From assembly GCA_032718475.1 (NCBI GenBank), contig JAUCBJ010002712.1, positions 1-32,218 of the forward strand: a stretch of DNA of 32,218 bases. Direction: 5' to 3'. Shown here one piece after another: positions 9,913-23,500 of this stretch; position 1 is the first letter of the stretch, and each line of letters starts with the position of its first letter. The position numbers and the translations under genes are program-made. Under the pieces are notes generated by a model. That model made no database searches, had not been told where the DNA came from, and saw only the letters and a list, made by a program, of their open reading frames with translations. The DNA is from Nemertoderma westbladi. Taxonomy: Eukaryota; Animalia; Xenacoelomorpha.

Positions 9913-10242
9913 TCACGGTTGATGGGGAAGTGGTTGGTCTACGCTCATCAGATACAGCGCGCATCTTAATGTAGACAGGTTGGCTGGCATTCCGGTGCAT
10001 TGCAGGTAGTGGGCGGGGGCGGTAGATGTGGCACTATTATTGCACAACCAGCAAACACATTGAGCAGTGGGTCTCCAGCAGTTCGAAATTTTACAAATCC
10101 GATGGTGGCAGCCGTTCGCCATTAACTGGGCTGCTGCGCGGCGACGAAAACCGGTTAGGTCCACGAGATTTATTTCCGCGTCGTCGCAGTTATCTATTGC
10201 GTTAAGGATTGCAGTTGACGACGAGTATTTACTGATGCCGCA
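9913..10242 (-). mobile_element. Probable 3' fragment of a non-LTR retrotransposon ORF with a CCHC zinc knuckle
   Basis: GC-rich open frame CGISKYSSSTAILNAIDNC...CVCWLCNNSATSTAPAHYLQC...* with a C-x2-C-x9-H-x3-C motif; AT-rich tail after the stop; no fitting splice sites seen. Confidence 0.4.
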
Positions 10243-10679
10243 CCAAAGTGTTTACAGTGTTTAAACAAAGTGTTTAAATGGAGATATTGGAGATGGAAAT
10301 TATTTATCATAGGGCCCATGTGAAGAATACCAGACTTTCTGCTGTTATATTTCACTTTGCAGTTACCCCCATGTGAAGAATACCAGGTTTTAACCAAAAA
10401 GACAGGTTACAGAAGGACTGAATCTAACCAAAACAATAAGCGAATTAGTATCTGTACAGGTTATAAGGCAGAATTAAGATCTATAAAAAACTTCATAACG
10501 ATAAAATAAAAAAAATATAAAATCTTCATATATAAAATTCCAATAAAATGTCGACTGAAAAGTGAAAACCATGGTATTCTTCACATGGGTGGAAAATAGG
10601 ACATAATTTTCGTCTTAAAATCAAATAAGTATTTAATATTTTTAAGGGACTAATCTTTATAAAATCTGTAGGAACTAAC

Positions 10680-10866
10680 TTGATTCCCTGTGATTCGCTA
10701 GGGGGTGAACTCGAAATCCCGCTCGTGTAACCGTCGTCATGGTGATCCTTCTTGCGACTGATAGGATACGCACCGACGATAGATTCGCTAGGTGGCGCTG
10801 CAAATATTTCTTTAGTTGCGTTAGAAAACATCGGTTCCTCTTGAATGGGAACTGATGGTGACGTAA
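10680..10866 (-). CDS. Exon C of FRMPD-like gene (187 nt, phase 1-2; TSPSVPIQEEPMFSNATKEIFAAPPSES...SSSPPSESQGI)
   Basis: Acceptor tttgctacttttatag and donor CAA|gttagt; Ser/Pro-rich core of ORF 10526..10954. Confidence 0.65.
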
Positions 10867-11119
10867 CTATAAAAGTAGCAAATATTATAAAACCGTAATA
10901 TAAATGTAAGATCATATTACAAGAGGTATGGCATACCGTTTGGCAGTTAAACAATGTGTTCCCCTGACTTTCGGAGAGATTGATTAAACCTAAACTTAAA
11001 CCTAAAATTAAACCTAAACTTGAACAATTATATATATAGACAATCTAATCTATATATTATTCAATTAATTACTACCCGTACAATATTAATATACATATCC
11101 TTTGCAATATTTTTCTCAC

Positions 11120-11261
11120 TTAGTCTAACAACACTTGGCATCCCAACCAACTCCGATTGGTTGATAATTCCATCGGGACTATTTGTGGCGAGTTTGTAGT
11201 AACCGTTGGTTAATATTGCGAAGTCTCTCGCGTCTTCAGTCTCCATAACCAACGATATATT
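11120..11261 (-). CDS. FRMPD4: Exon B: end of FERM C-lobe (PH-like), FRMPD1/3/4 family; donor position uncertain
   Basis: Acceptor ttttattgttctag. NISLVMETEDARDFAILTNGYYKL resembles the FRMPD4 segment [24 protein letters not shown] as I recall it; assignment is family-level only. The phase-1 donor TAA|gtgaga was chosen because it fits exon C. Confidence 0.7.
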
Positions 11262-11382
11262 CTAGAACAATAAAATACATTAATTATTTAGTTATTTTAC
11301 CAATAATGTTATTAAATGCTGGTATTTTGAAAGACTTATATTAATAATATATTATATTATTATATTTGATTATATTACTTAC

Positions 11383-11559
11383 TTTATGCGATTTAATATT
11401 AACCATGACAACGCCATTACTAGTAGGTGAAACATTGATATCCTTTAAACTCTTAAATGTTGACATTTGTTTCATTGTCGTTGTGCTGACGTCAGCCAGA
11501 CGCGAAATCTCATTGGCTGGATTTACGATGACTTGGATATTACCCCGGGCGCTTTCCTC
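11383..11559 (-). CDS. FRMPD4: Exon A: FERM C-lobe of FRMPD1/3/4-family protein (177 nt, phase 0-0)
   Basis: Acceptor ttatattgtccataccacag and donor AAA|gtaagt. EESARGNIQVIVNPANEISRLADVSTTTMKQMSTFKSLKDINVSPTSNGVVMVNIKSHK parallels the FRMPD VTLLVGP..GIS..LADFS strand pattern and joins exon B in frame over a 121-nt intron. Confidence 0.7.
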
Positions 11560-11562
11560 CTG

Positions 11563-14500
11563 TGGTATGGACAATATAAACGGTGTAACTTAAATTCTGT
11601 TATTAATCACGCTTACTACCATGATAAAACATTGTCTTTGTTTACTACCATGATAAAACATTGTCTTTGTTTACTACCATGATAAAACATTGTCTTTGTT
11701 TACTACCATGATAAAACATTGTCTTTGTTTACTACCATGATAAAACATTGTCTTTGTTTACTACCATGATAAAACATTGTCTTTGTTTACTACCATGATA
11801 AAACATTGTCTTTGTTTACTACCATGATAAAACATTGTCTTTGTTTACTACTACGATAAAACATTGTCTTTGTTTACTACCATGATAAAACATTGTCTTT
11901 GTTTACTACTACGATAAAACATTGTCTTTGTTTACTACCATGATAAAACATTGTCTTTGTTTACTACCATGATAAAACATTGTCTTTGTTGCTCTATTTG
12001 TTGTTGTACGTGTTACTGTACTTGATACTATACTTGTTGTTGTACTTGTTACTGGTATGGACAATATAAACGGTGTAACTTAAATTCTGTTCTTTAATCA
12101 CGCTTATTACTACGATAAAACATTGTCTTTGTTGCTCTATTTGTTGTTGTACTTGTTACTGTACTTGTTGTTGTAATTGTTACTGTACTTGATACTATAC
12201 TTGTTGTTGTACTTGTTACTGGTATGGACAATATAAACGGTGTAACTTAAATTCTGTTATTAATCACGTTTACTACCATGATAAAACATTGTCTTTGTTT
12301 ACTACCATGATAAAACATTGTCTTTGTTTACTACCATGATAAAACATTGTCTTTGTTTACTACCATGATAAAACATTGTCTTTGTTTACTACTACGATAA
12401 AACATTGTCTTTGTTTACTACCATGATAAAACATTGTCTTTGTTTACTACTACGATAAAACATTGTCTTTGTTTACTACCATGATAAAACATTGTCTTTG
12501 TTTACTACCATGATAAAACATTGTCTTTGTTGCTCTATTTGTTGTTGTACGTGTTACTGTACTTGATACTATACTTGTTGTTGTACTTGTTACTGGTATG
12601 GACAATATAAACGGTGTAACTTAAATTCTGTTCTTTAATCACGCTTATTACTACGATAAAACATTGTCTTTGTTGCTCTATTTGTTGTTGTACTTGTTAC
12701 TGTACTTGTTGTTGTAATTGTTACTGTACTTGATACTATACTTGTTGTTGTACTTGTTACTGGTATGGACAATATAAACGGTGTAACTTAAATTCTGTTA
12801 TTAATCACGTTTACTACCATGATAAAACATTGTCTTTGTTTACTACCATGATAAAACATTGTCTTTGTTTACTACCATGATAAAACATTGTCTTTGTTTA
12901 CTACCATGATAAAACATTGTCTTTGTTTACTACTACGATAAAACATTGTCTTTGTTTACTACCATGATAAAACATTGTCTTTGTTTACTACTACGATAAA
13001 ACATTGTCTTTGTTTACTACCATGATAAAACATTGTCTTTGTTTACTACCATGATAAAACATTGTCTTTGTTTACTACTACGATAAAACATTGTCTTTGT
13101 TTACTACCATGATAAAACATTGTCTTTGTTTACTACTACGATAAAACATTGTCTTTGTTTACTACCATGATAAAACATTGTCTTTGTTTACTACCATGAT
13201 AAAACATTGTCTTTGTTTACTACCATGATAAAACATTGTCTTTGTTTACTACCATGATAAAACATTGTCTTTGTTTACTACTACGATAAAACATTGTCTT
13301 TGTTTACTACTACGATAAAACATTGTCTTTGTTTACTACCATGATAAAACATTGTCTTTGTTTACTACCATGATAAAACATTGTCTTTGTTTACTACTAC
13401 GATAAAACATTGTCTTTGTTTACTACCATGATAAAACATTGTCTTTGTTTACTACCATGATAAAACATTGTCTTTGTTTACTACCATGATAAAACATTGT
13501 CTTTGTTTACTACCATGATAAAACATTGTCTTTGTTTACTACCATGATAAAACATTGTCTTTGTTTACTACCATGATAAAACATTGTCTTTGTTTACTAC
13601 CATGATAAAACATTGTCTTTGTTTACTACCATGATAAAACATTGTCTTTGTTTACTACCATGATAAAACATTGTCTTTGCTTACTACCATGATAAAACAT
13701 TGTCTTTGTTTACTACCATGATAAAACATTGTCTTTGTTTACTACCATGATAAAACATTGTCTTTGTTTACTACCATGATAAAACATTGTCTTTGTTTAC
13801 TACCATGATAAAACATTGTCTTTGCTTACTACCATGATAAAACATTGTCTTTGTTTACTACCATGATAAAACATTGTCTTTGTTTACTACCATGATAAAA
13901 CATTGTCTTTGCTTACTACCATGATAAAACATTGTCTTTGTTTACTACCATGATAAAACATTGTCTTTGTTTACTACCATGATAAAACATTGTCTTTGTT
14001 TACTACCATGATAAAACATTGTCTTTGCTTACTACCATGATAAAACATTGTCTTTGTTTACTACCATGATAAAACATTGTCTTTGTTTACTACCATGATA
14101 AAACATTGTCTTTGCTTACTACCATGATAAAACATTGTCTTTGTTTACTACCATGATAAAACATTGTCTTTGTTGCTCTATTTGTTGTTGTACGTGTTAC
14201 TGTACTTGATACTATACTTGTTGTTGTACTTGTTACTGGTATGGACAATATAAACGGTGTAACTTAAATTCTGTTCTTTAATCACGCTTATTACTACGAT
14301 AAAACATTGTCTTTGTTGCTCTATTTGTTGTTGTACGTGTTACTGTACTTGATACTATACTTGTTGTTGTACTTGTTACTGGTATGGACAATATAAACGG
14401 TGTAACTTAAATTCTGTTATTAATCACGCTTACTACCATGATAAAACATTGTCTTTGTTTACTACCATGATAAAACATTGTCTTTGTTTACTACCATGAT

Positions 14501-17500
14501 AAAACATTGTCTTTGTTTACTACCATGATAAAACATTGTCTTTGCTTACTACCATGATAAAACATTGTCTTTGTTTACTACCATGATAAAACATTGTCTT
14601 TGTTTACTACCATGATAAAACATTGTCTTTGTTTACTACCATGATAAAACATTGTCTTTGTTTACTACCATGATAAAACATTGTCTTTGTTTACTACCAT
14701 GATAAAACATTGTCTTTGTTTACTACCATGATAAAACATTGTCTTTGTTTACTACCATGATAAAACATTGTCTTTGCTTACTACCATGATAAAACATTGT
14801 CTTTGTTTACTACCATGATAAAACATTGTCTTTGTTTACTACCATGATAAAACATTGTCTTTGTTTACTACCATGATAAAACATTGTCTTTGTTTACTAC
14901 CATGATAAAACATTGTCTTTGTTTACTACCATGATAAAACATTGTCTTTGTTTACTACTACGATAAAACATTGTCTTTGTTTACTACCATGATAAAACAT
15001 TGTCTTTGTTTACTACTACGATAAAACATTGTCTTTGTTTACTACCATGATAAAACATTGTCTTTGTTTACTACCATGATAAAACATTGTCTTTGTTGCT
15101 CTATTTGTTGTTGTACGTGTTACTGTACTTGATACTATACTTGTTGTTGTACTTGTTACTGGTATGGACAATATAAACGGTGTAACTTAAATTCTGTTCT
15201 TTAATCACGCTTATTACTACGATAAAACATTGTCTTTGTTGCTCTATTTGTTGTTGTACTTGTTACTGTACTTGTTGTTGTAATTGTTACTGTACTTGAT
15301 ACTATACTTGTTGTTGTACTTGTTACTGGTATGGACAATATAAACGGTGTAACTTAAATTCTGTTATTAATCACGTTTACTACCATGATAAAACATTGTC
15401 TTTGTTTACTACCATGATAAAACATTGTCTTTGTTTACTACCATGATAAAACATTGTCTTTGTTTACTACCATGATAAAACATTGTCTTTGTTTACTACT
15501 ACGATAAAACATTGTCTTTGTTTACTACCATGATAAAACATTGTCTTTGTTTACTACTACGATAAAACATTGTCTTTGTTTACTACCATGATAAAACATT
15601 GTCTTTGTTTACTACCATGATAAAACATTGTCTTTGTTGCTCTATTTGTTGTTGTACGTGTTACTGTACTTGATACTATACTTGTTGTTGTACTTGTTAC
15701 TGGTATGGACAATATAAACGGTGTAACTTAAATTCTGTTCTTTAATCACGCTTATTACTACGATAAAACATTGTCTTTGTTGCTCTATTTGTTGTTGTAC
15801 TTGTTACTGTACTTGTTGTTGTAATTGTTACTGTACTTGATACTATACTTGTTGTTGTACTTGTTACTGGTATGGACAATATAAACGGTGTAACTTAAAT
15901 TCTGTTATTAATCACGTTTACTACCATGATAAAACATTGTCTTTGTTTACTACCATGATAAAACATTGTCTTTGTTTACTACCATGATAAAACATTGTCT
16001 TTGTTTACTACCATGATAAAACATTGTCTTTGTTTACTACTACGATAAAACATTGTCTTTGTTTACTACCATGATAAAACATTGTCTTTGTTTACTACTA
16101 CGATAAAACATTGTCTTTGTTTACTACCATGATAAAACATTGTCTTTGTTTACTACCATGATAAAACATTGTCTTTGTTTACTACTACGATAAAACATTG
16201 TCTTTGTTTACTACCATGATAAAACATTGTCTTTGTTTACTACTACGATAAAACATTGTCTTTGTTTACTACCATGATAAAACATTGTCTTTGTTTACTA
16301 CCATGATAAAACATTGTCTTTGTTTACTACCATGATAAAACATTGTCTTTGTTTACTACCATGATAAAACATTGTCTTTGTTTACTACTACGATAAAACA
16401 TTGTCTTTGTTTACTACTACGATAAAACATTGTCTTTGTTTACTACCATGATAAAACATTGTCTTTGTTTACTACCATGATAAAACATTGTCTTTGTTTA
16501 CTACTACGATAAAACATTGTCTTTGTTTACTACCATGATAAAACATTGTCTTTGTTTACTACCATGATAAAACATTGTCTTTGTTTACTACCATGATAAA
16601 ACATTGTCTTTGTTTACTACCATGATAAAACATTGTCTTTGTTTACTACCATGATAAAACATTGTCTTTGTTTACTACCATGATAAAACATTGTCTTTGT
16701 TTACTACCATGATAAAACATTGTCTTTGTTTACTACCATGATAAAACATTGTCTTTGTTTACTACCATGATAAAACATTGTCTTTGCTTACTACCATGAT
16801 AAAACATTGTCTTTGTTTACTACCATGATAAAACATTGTCTTTGTTTACTACCATGATAAAACATTGTCTTTGTTTACTACCATGATAAAACATTGTCTT
16901 TGTTTACTACCATGATAAAACATTGTCTTTGCTTACTACCATGATAAAACATTGTCTTTGTTTACTACCATGATAAAACATTGTCTTTGTTTACTACCAT
17001 GATAAAACATTGTCTTTGCTTACTACCATGATAAAACATTGTCTTTGTTTACTACCATGATAAAACATTGTCTTTGTTTACTACCATGATAAAACATTGT
17101 CTTTGTTTACTACCATGATAAAACATTGTCTTTGCTTACTACCATGATAAAACATTGTCTTTGTTTACTACCATGATAAAACATTGTCTTTGTTTACTAC
17201 CATGATAAAACATTGTCTTTGCTTACTACCATGATAAAACATTGTCTTTGTTTACTACCATGATAAAACATTGTCTTTGTTGCTCTATTTGTTGTTGTAC
17301 GTGTTACTGTACTTGATACTATACTTGTTGTTGTACTTGTTACTGGTATGGACAATATAAACGGTGTAACTTAAATTCTGTTCTTTAATCACGCTTATTA
17401 CTACGATAAAACATTGTCTTTGTTGCTCTATTTGTTGTTGTACGTGTTACTGTACTTGATACTATACTTGTTGTTGTACTTGTTACTGGTATGGACAATA

Positions 17501-20500
17501 TAAACGGTGTAACTTAAATTCTGTTATTAATCACGCTTACTACCATGATAAAACATTGTCTTTGTTTACTACCATGATAAAACATTGTCTTTGTTGCTCT
17601 ATTTGTTGTTGTACGTGTTACTGTACTTGATACTATACTTGTTGTTGTACTTGTTACTGGTATGGACAATATAAACGGTGTAACTTAAATTCTGTTCTTT
17701 AATCACGCTTATTACTACGATAAAACATTGTCTTTGTTGCTCTATTTGTTGTTGTACGTGTTACTGTACTTGATACTATACTTGTTGTTGTACTTGTTAC
17801 TGGTATGGACAATATAAACGGTGTAACTTAAATTCTGTTATTAATCACGCTTACTACCATGATAAAACATTGTCTTTGTTTACTACCATGATAAAACATT
17901 GTCTTTGTTGCTCTATTTGTTGTTGTACGTGTTACTGTACTTGATACTATACTTGTTGTTGTACTTGTTACTGGTATGGACAATATAAACGGTGTAACTT
18001 AAATTCTGTTCTTTAATCACGCTTATTACTACGATAAAACATTGTCTTTGTTGCTCTATTTGTTGTTGTACGTGTTACTGTACTTGATACTATACTTGTT
18101 GTTGTACTTGTTACTGGTATGGACAATATAAACGGTGTAACTTAAATTCTGTTCTTTAATCACGCTTATTACTACGATAAAACATTGTCTTTGTTGCTCT
18201 ATTTGTTGTTGTACGTGTTACTGTACTTGATACTATACTTGTTGTTGTACTTGTTACTGGTATGGACAATATAAACGGTGTAACTTAAATTCTGTTCTTT
18301 AATCACGCTTATTACTACGATAAAACATTGTCTTTGTTGCTCTATTTGTTGTTGTACGTGTTACTGTACTTGATACTATACTTGTTGTTGTACTTGTTAC
18401 TGGTATGGACAATATAAACGGTGTAACTTAAATTCTGTTCTTTAATCACGCTTATTACTACGATAAAACATTGTCTTTGTTGCTCTATTTGTTGTTGTAC
18501 GTGTTACTGTACTTGATACTATACTTGTTGTTGTACTTGTTACTGGTATGGACAATATAAACGGTGTAACTTAAATTCTGTTCTTTAATCACGCTTATTA
18601 CTACGATAAAACATTGTCTTTGTTGCTCTATTTGTTGTTGTACGTGTTACTGTACTTGATACTATACTTGTTGTTGTACTTGTTACTGGTATGGACAATA
18701 TAAACGGTGTAACTTAGATTCTGTTATTAATCACGCTTACTACCATGATAAAACATTGTCTTTGTTGCTCTATTTGTTGTTGTACGTGTTACTGTACTTG
18801 ATACTATACTTGTTGTTGTACTTGTTACTGGTATGGACAATATAAACGGTGTAACTTAAATTCTGTTCTTTAATCACGCTTATTACTACGATAAAACATT
18901 GTCTTTGTTGCTCTATTTGTTGTTGTACGTGTTACTGTACTTGATACTATACTTGTTGTTGTACTTGTTACTGGTATGGACAATATAAACGGTGTAACTT
19001 AAATTCTGTTCTTTAATCACGCTTATTACTACGATAAAACATTGTCTTTGTTGCTCTATTTGTTGTTGTACGTGTTACTGTACTTGATACTATACTTGTT
19101 GTTGTACTTGTTACTGGTATGGACAATATAAACGGTGTAACTTAAATTCTGTTCTTTAATCACGCTTATTACTACGATAAAACATTGTCTTTGTTGCTCT
19201 ATTTGTTGTTGTACGTGTTACTGTACTTGATACTATACTTGTTGTTGTACTTGTTACTGGTATGGACAATATAAACGGTGTAACTTAAATTCTGTTCTTT
19301 AATCACGCTTATTACTACGATAAAACATTGTCTTTGTTGCTCTATTTGTTGTTGTACGTGTTACTGTACTTGATACTATACTTGTTGTTGTACTTGTTAC
19401 TGGTATGGACAATATAAACGGTGTAACTTAAATTCTGTTCTTTAATCACGCTTATTACTACGATAAAACATTGTCTTTGTTGCTCTATTTGTTGTTGTAC
19501 GTGTTACTGTACTTGATACTATACTTGTTGTTGTACTTGTTACTGGTATGGACAATATAAACGGTGTAACTTAAATTCTGTTCTTTAATCACGCTTATTA
19601 CTACGATAAAACATTGTCTTTGTTGCTCTATTTGTTGTTGTACGTGTTACTGTACTTGATACTATACTTGTTGTTGTACTTGTTACTGGTATGGACAATA
19701 TAAACGGTGTAACTTAAATTCTGTTATTAATCACGCTTACTACCATGATAAAACATTGTCTTTGTTTACTACCATGATAAAACATTGTCTTTGTTTACTA
19801 CTACGATAAAACATTGTCTTTGTTTACTACCATGATAAAACATTGTCTTTGTTTACTACTACGATAAAACATTGTCTTTGTTTACTACCATGATAAAACA
19901 TTGTCTTTGTTTACTACCATGATAAAACATTGTCTTTGTTGCTCTATTTGTTGTTGTACGTGTTACTGTACTTGATACTATACTTGTTGTTGTACTTGTT
20001 ACTGGTATGGACAATATAAACGGTGTAACTTAAATTCTGTTCTTTAATCACGCTTATTACTACGATAAAACATTGTCTTTGTTGCTCTATTTGTTGTTGT
20101 ACTTGTTACTGTACTTGTTGTTGTAATTGTTACTGTACTTGATACTATACTTGTTGTTGTACTTGTTACTGGTATGGACAATATAAACGGTGTAACTTAA
20201 ATTCTGTTATTAATCACGTTTACTACCATGATAAAACATTGTCTTTGTTTACTACCATGATAAAACATTGTCTTTGTTTACTACCATGATAAAACATTGT
20301 CTTTGTTTACTACCATGATAAAACATTGTCTTTGTTTACTACTACGATAAAACATTGTCTTTGTTTACTACCATGATAAAACATTGTCTTTGTTTACTAC
20401 TACGATAAAACATTGTCTTTGTTTACTACCATGATAAAACATTGTCTTTGTTTACTACCATGATAAAACATTGTCTTTGTTTACTACTACGATAAAACAT

Positions 20501-23500
20501 TGTCTTTGTTTACTACCATGATAAAACATTGTCTTTGTTTACTACTACGATAAAACATTGTCTTTGTTTACTACCATGATAAAACATTGTCTTTGTTTAC
20601 TACCATGATAAAACATTGTCTTTGTTTACTACCATGATAAAACATTGTCTTTGTTTACTACCATGATAAAACATTGTCTTTGTTTACTACTACGATAAAA
20701 CATTGTCTTTGTTTACTACTACGATAAAACATTGTCTTTGTTTACTACCATGATAAAACATTGTCTTTGTTTACTACCATGATAAAACATTGTCTTTGTT
20801 TACTACTACGATAAAACATTGTCTTTGTTTACTACCATGATAAAACATTGTCTTTGTTTACTACCATGATAAAACATTGTCTTTGTTTACTACCATGATA
20901 AAACATTGTCTTTGTTTACTACCATGATAAAACATTGTCTTTGTTTACTACCATGATAAAACATTGTCTTTGTTTACTACCATGATAAAACATTGTCTTT
21001 GTTTACTACCATGATAAAACATTGTCTTTGTTTACTACCATGATAAAACATTGTCTTTGTTTACTACCATGATAAAACATTGTCTTTGCTTACTACCATG
21101 ATAAAACATTGTCTTTGTTTACTACCATGATAAAACATTGTCTTTGTTTACTACCATGATAAAACATTGTCTTTGTTTACTACCATGATAAAACATTGTC
21201 TTTGTTTACTACCATGATAAAACATTGTCTTTGCTTACTACCATGATAAAACATTGTCTTTGTTTACTACCATGATAAAACATTGTCTTTGTTTACTACC
21301 ATGATAAAACATTGTCTTTGCTTACTACCATGATAAAACATTGTCTTTGTTTACTACCATGATAAAACATTGTCTTTGTTTACTACCATGATAAAACATT
21401 GTCTTTGTTTACTACCATGATAAAACATTGTCTTTGCTTACTACCATGATAAAACATTGTCTTTGTTTACTACCATGATAAAACATTGTCTTTGTTTACT
21501 ACCATGATAAAACATTGTCTTTGCTTACTACCATGATAAAACATTGTCTTTGTTTACTACCATGATAAAACATTGTCTTTGTTGCTCTATTTGTTGTTGT
21601 ACGTGTTACTGTACTTGATACTATACTTGTTGTTGTACTTGTTACTGGTATGGACAATATAAACGGTGTAACTTAAATTCTGTTCTTTAATCACGCTTAT
21701 TACTACGATAAAACATTGTCTTTGTTGCTCTATTTGTTGTTGTACGTGTTACTGTACTTGATACTATACTTGTTGTTGTACTTGTTACTGGTATGGACAA
21801 TATAAACGGTGTAACTTAAATTCTGTTATTAATCACGCTTACTACCATGATAAAACATTGTCTTTGTTTACTACCATGATAAAACATTGTCTTTGTTGCT
21901 CTATTTGTTGTTGTACGTGTTACTGTACTTGATACTATACTTGTTGTTGTACTTGTTACTGGTATGGACAATATAAACGGTGTAACTTAAATTCTGTTCT
22001 TTAATCACGCTTATTACTACGATAAAACATTGTCTTTGTTGCTCTATTTGTTGTTGTACGTGTTACTGTACTTGATACTATACTTGTTGTTGTACTTGTT
22101 ACTGGTATGGACAATATAAACGGTGTAACTTAAATTCTGTTATTAATCACGCTTACTACCATGATAAAACATTGTCTTTGTTTACTACCATGATAAAACA
22201 TTGTCTTTGTTGCTCTATTTGTTGTTGTACGTGTTACTGTACTTGATACTATACTTGTTGTTGTACTTGTTACTGGTATGGACAATATAAACGGTGTAAC
22301 TTAAATTCTGTTCTTTAATCACGCTTATTACTACGATAAAACATTGTCTTTGTTGCTCTATTTGTTGTTGTACGTGTTACTGTACTTGATACTATACTTG
22401 TTGTTGTACTTGTTACTGGTATGGACAATATAAACGGTGTAACTTAAATTCTGTTCTTTAATCACGCTTATTACTACGATAAAACATTGTCTTTGTTGCT
22501 CTATTTGTTGTTGTACGTGTTACTGTACTTGATACTATACTTGTTGTTGTACTTGTTACTGGTATGGACAATATAAACGGTGTAACTTAAATTCTGTTCT
22601 TTAATCACGCTTATTACTACGATAAAACATTGTCTTTGTTGCTCTATTTGTTGTTGTACGTGTTACTGTACTTGATACTATACTTGTTGTTGTACTTGTT
22701 ACTGGTATGGACAATATAAACGGTGTAACTTAAATTCTGTTCTTTAATCACGCTTATTACTACGATAAAACATTGTCTTTGTTGCTCTATTTGTTGTTGT
22801 ACGTGTTACTGTACTTGATACTATACTTGTTGTTGTACTTGTTACTGGTATGGACAATATAAACGGTGTAACTTAAATTCTGTTCTTTAATCACGCTTAT
22901 TACTACGATAAAACATTGTCTTTGTTGCTCTATTTGTTGTTGTACGTGTTACTGTACTTGATACTATACTTGTTGTTGTACTTGTTACTGGTATGGACAA
23001 TATAAACGGTGTAACTTAGATTCTGTTATTAATCACGCTTACTACCATGATAAAACATTGTCTTTGTTGCTCTATTTGTTGTTGTACGTGTTACTGTACT
23101 TGATACTATACTTGTTGTTGTACTTGTTACTGGTATGGACAATATAAACGGTGTAACTTAAATTCTGTTCTTTAATCACGCTTATTACTACGATAAAACA
23201 TTGTCTTTGTTGCTCTATTTGTTGTTGTACGTGTTACTGTACTTGATACTATACTTGTTGTTGTACTTGTTACTGGTATGGACAATATAAACGGTGTAAC
23301 TTAAATTCTGTTCTTTAATCACGCTTATTACTACGATAAAACATTGTCTTTGTTGCTCTATTTGTTGTTGTACGTGTTACTGTACTTGATACTATACTTG
23401 TTGTTGTACTTGTTACTGGTATGGACAATATAAACGGTGTAACTTAAATTCTGTTCTTTAATCACGCTTATTACTACGATAAAACATTGTCTTTGTTGCT

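Noticed and set aside
12040-12060. Recursive-splicing ratchet points in the satellite
   Set aside because: Units read CAG|TAAC rather than the AG|GT needed to regenerate a donor.
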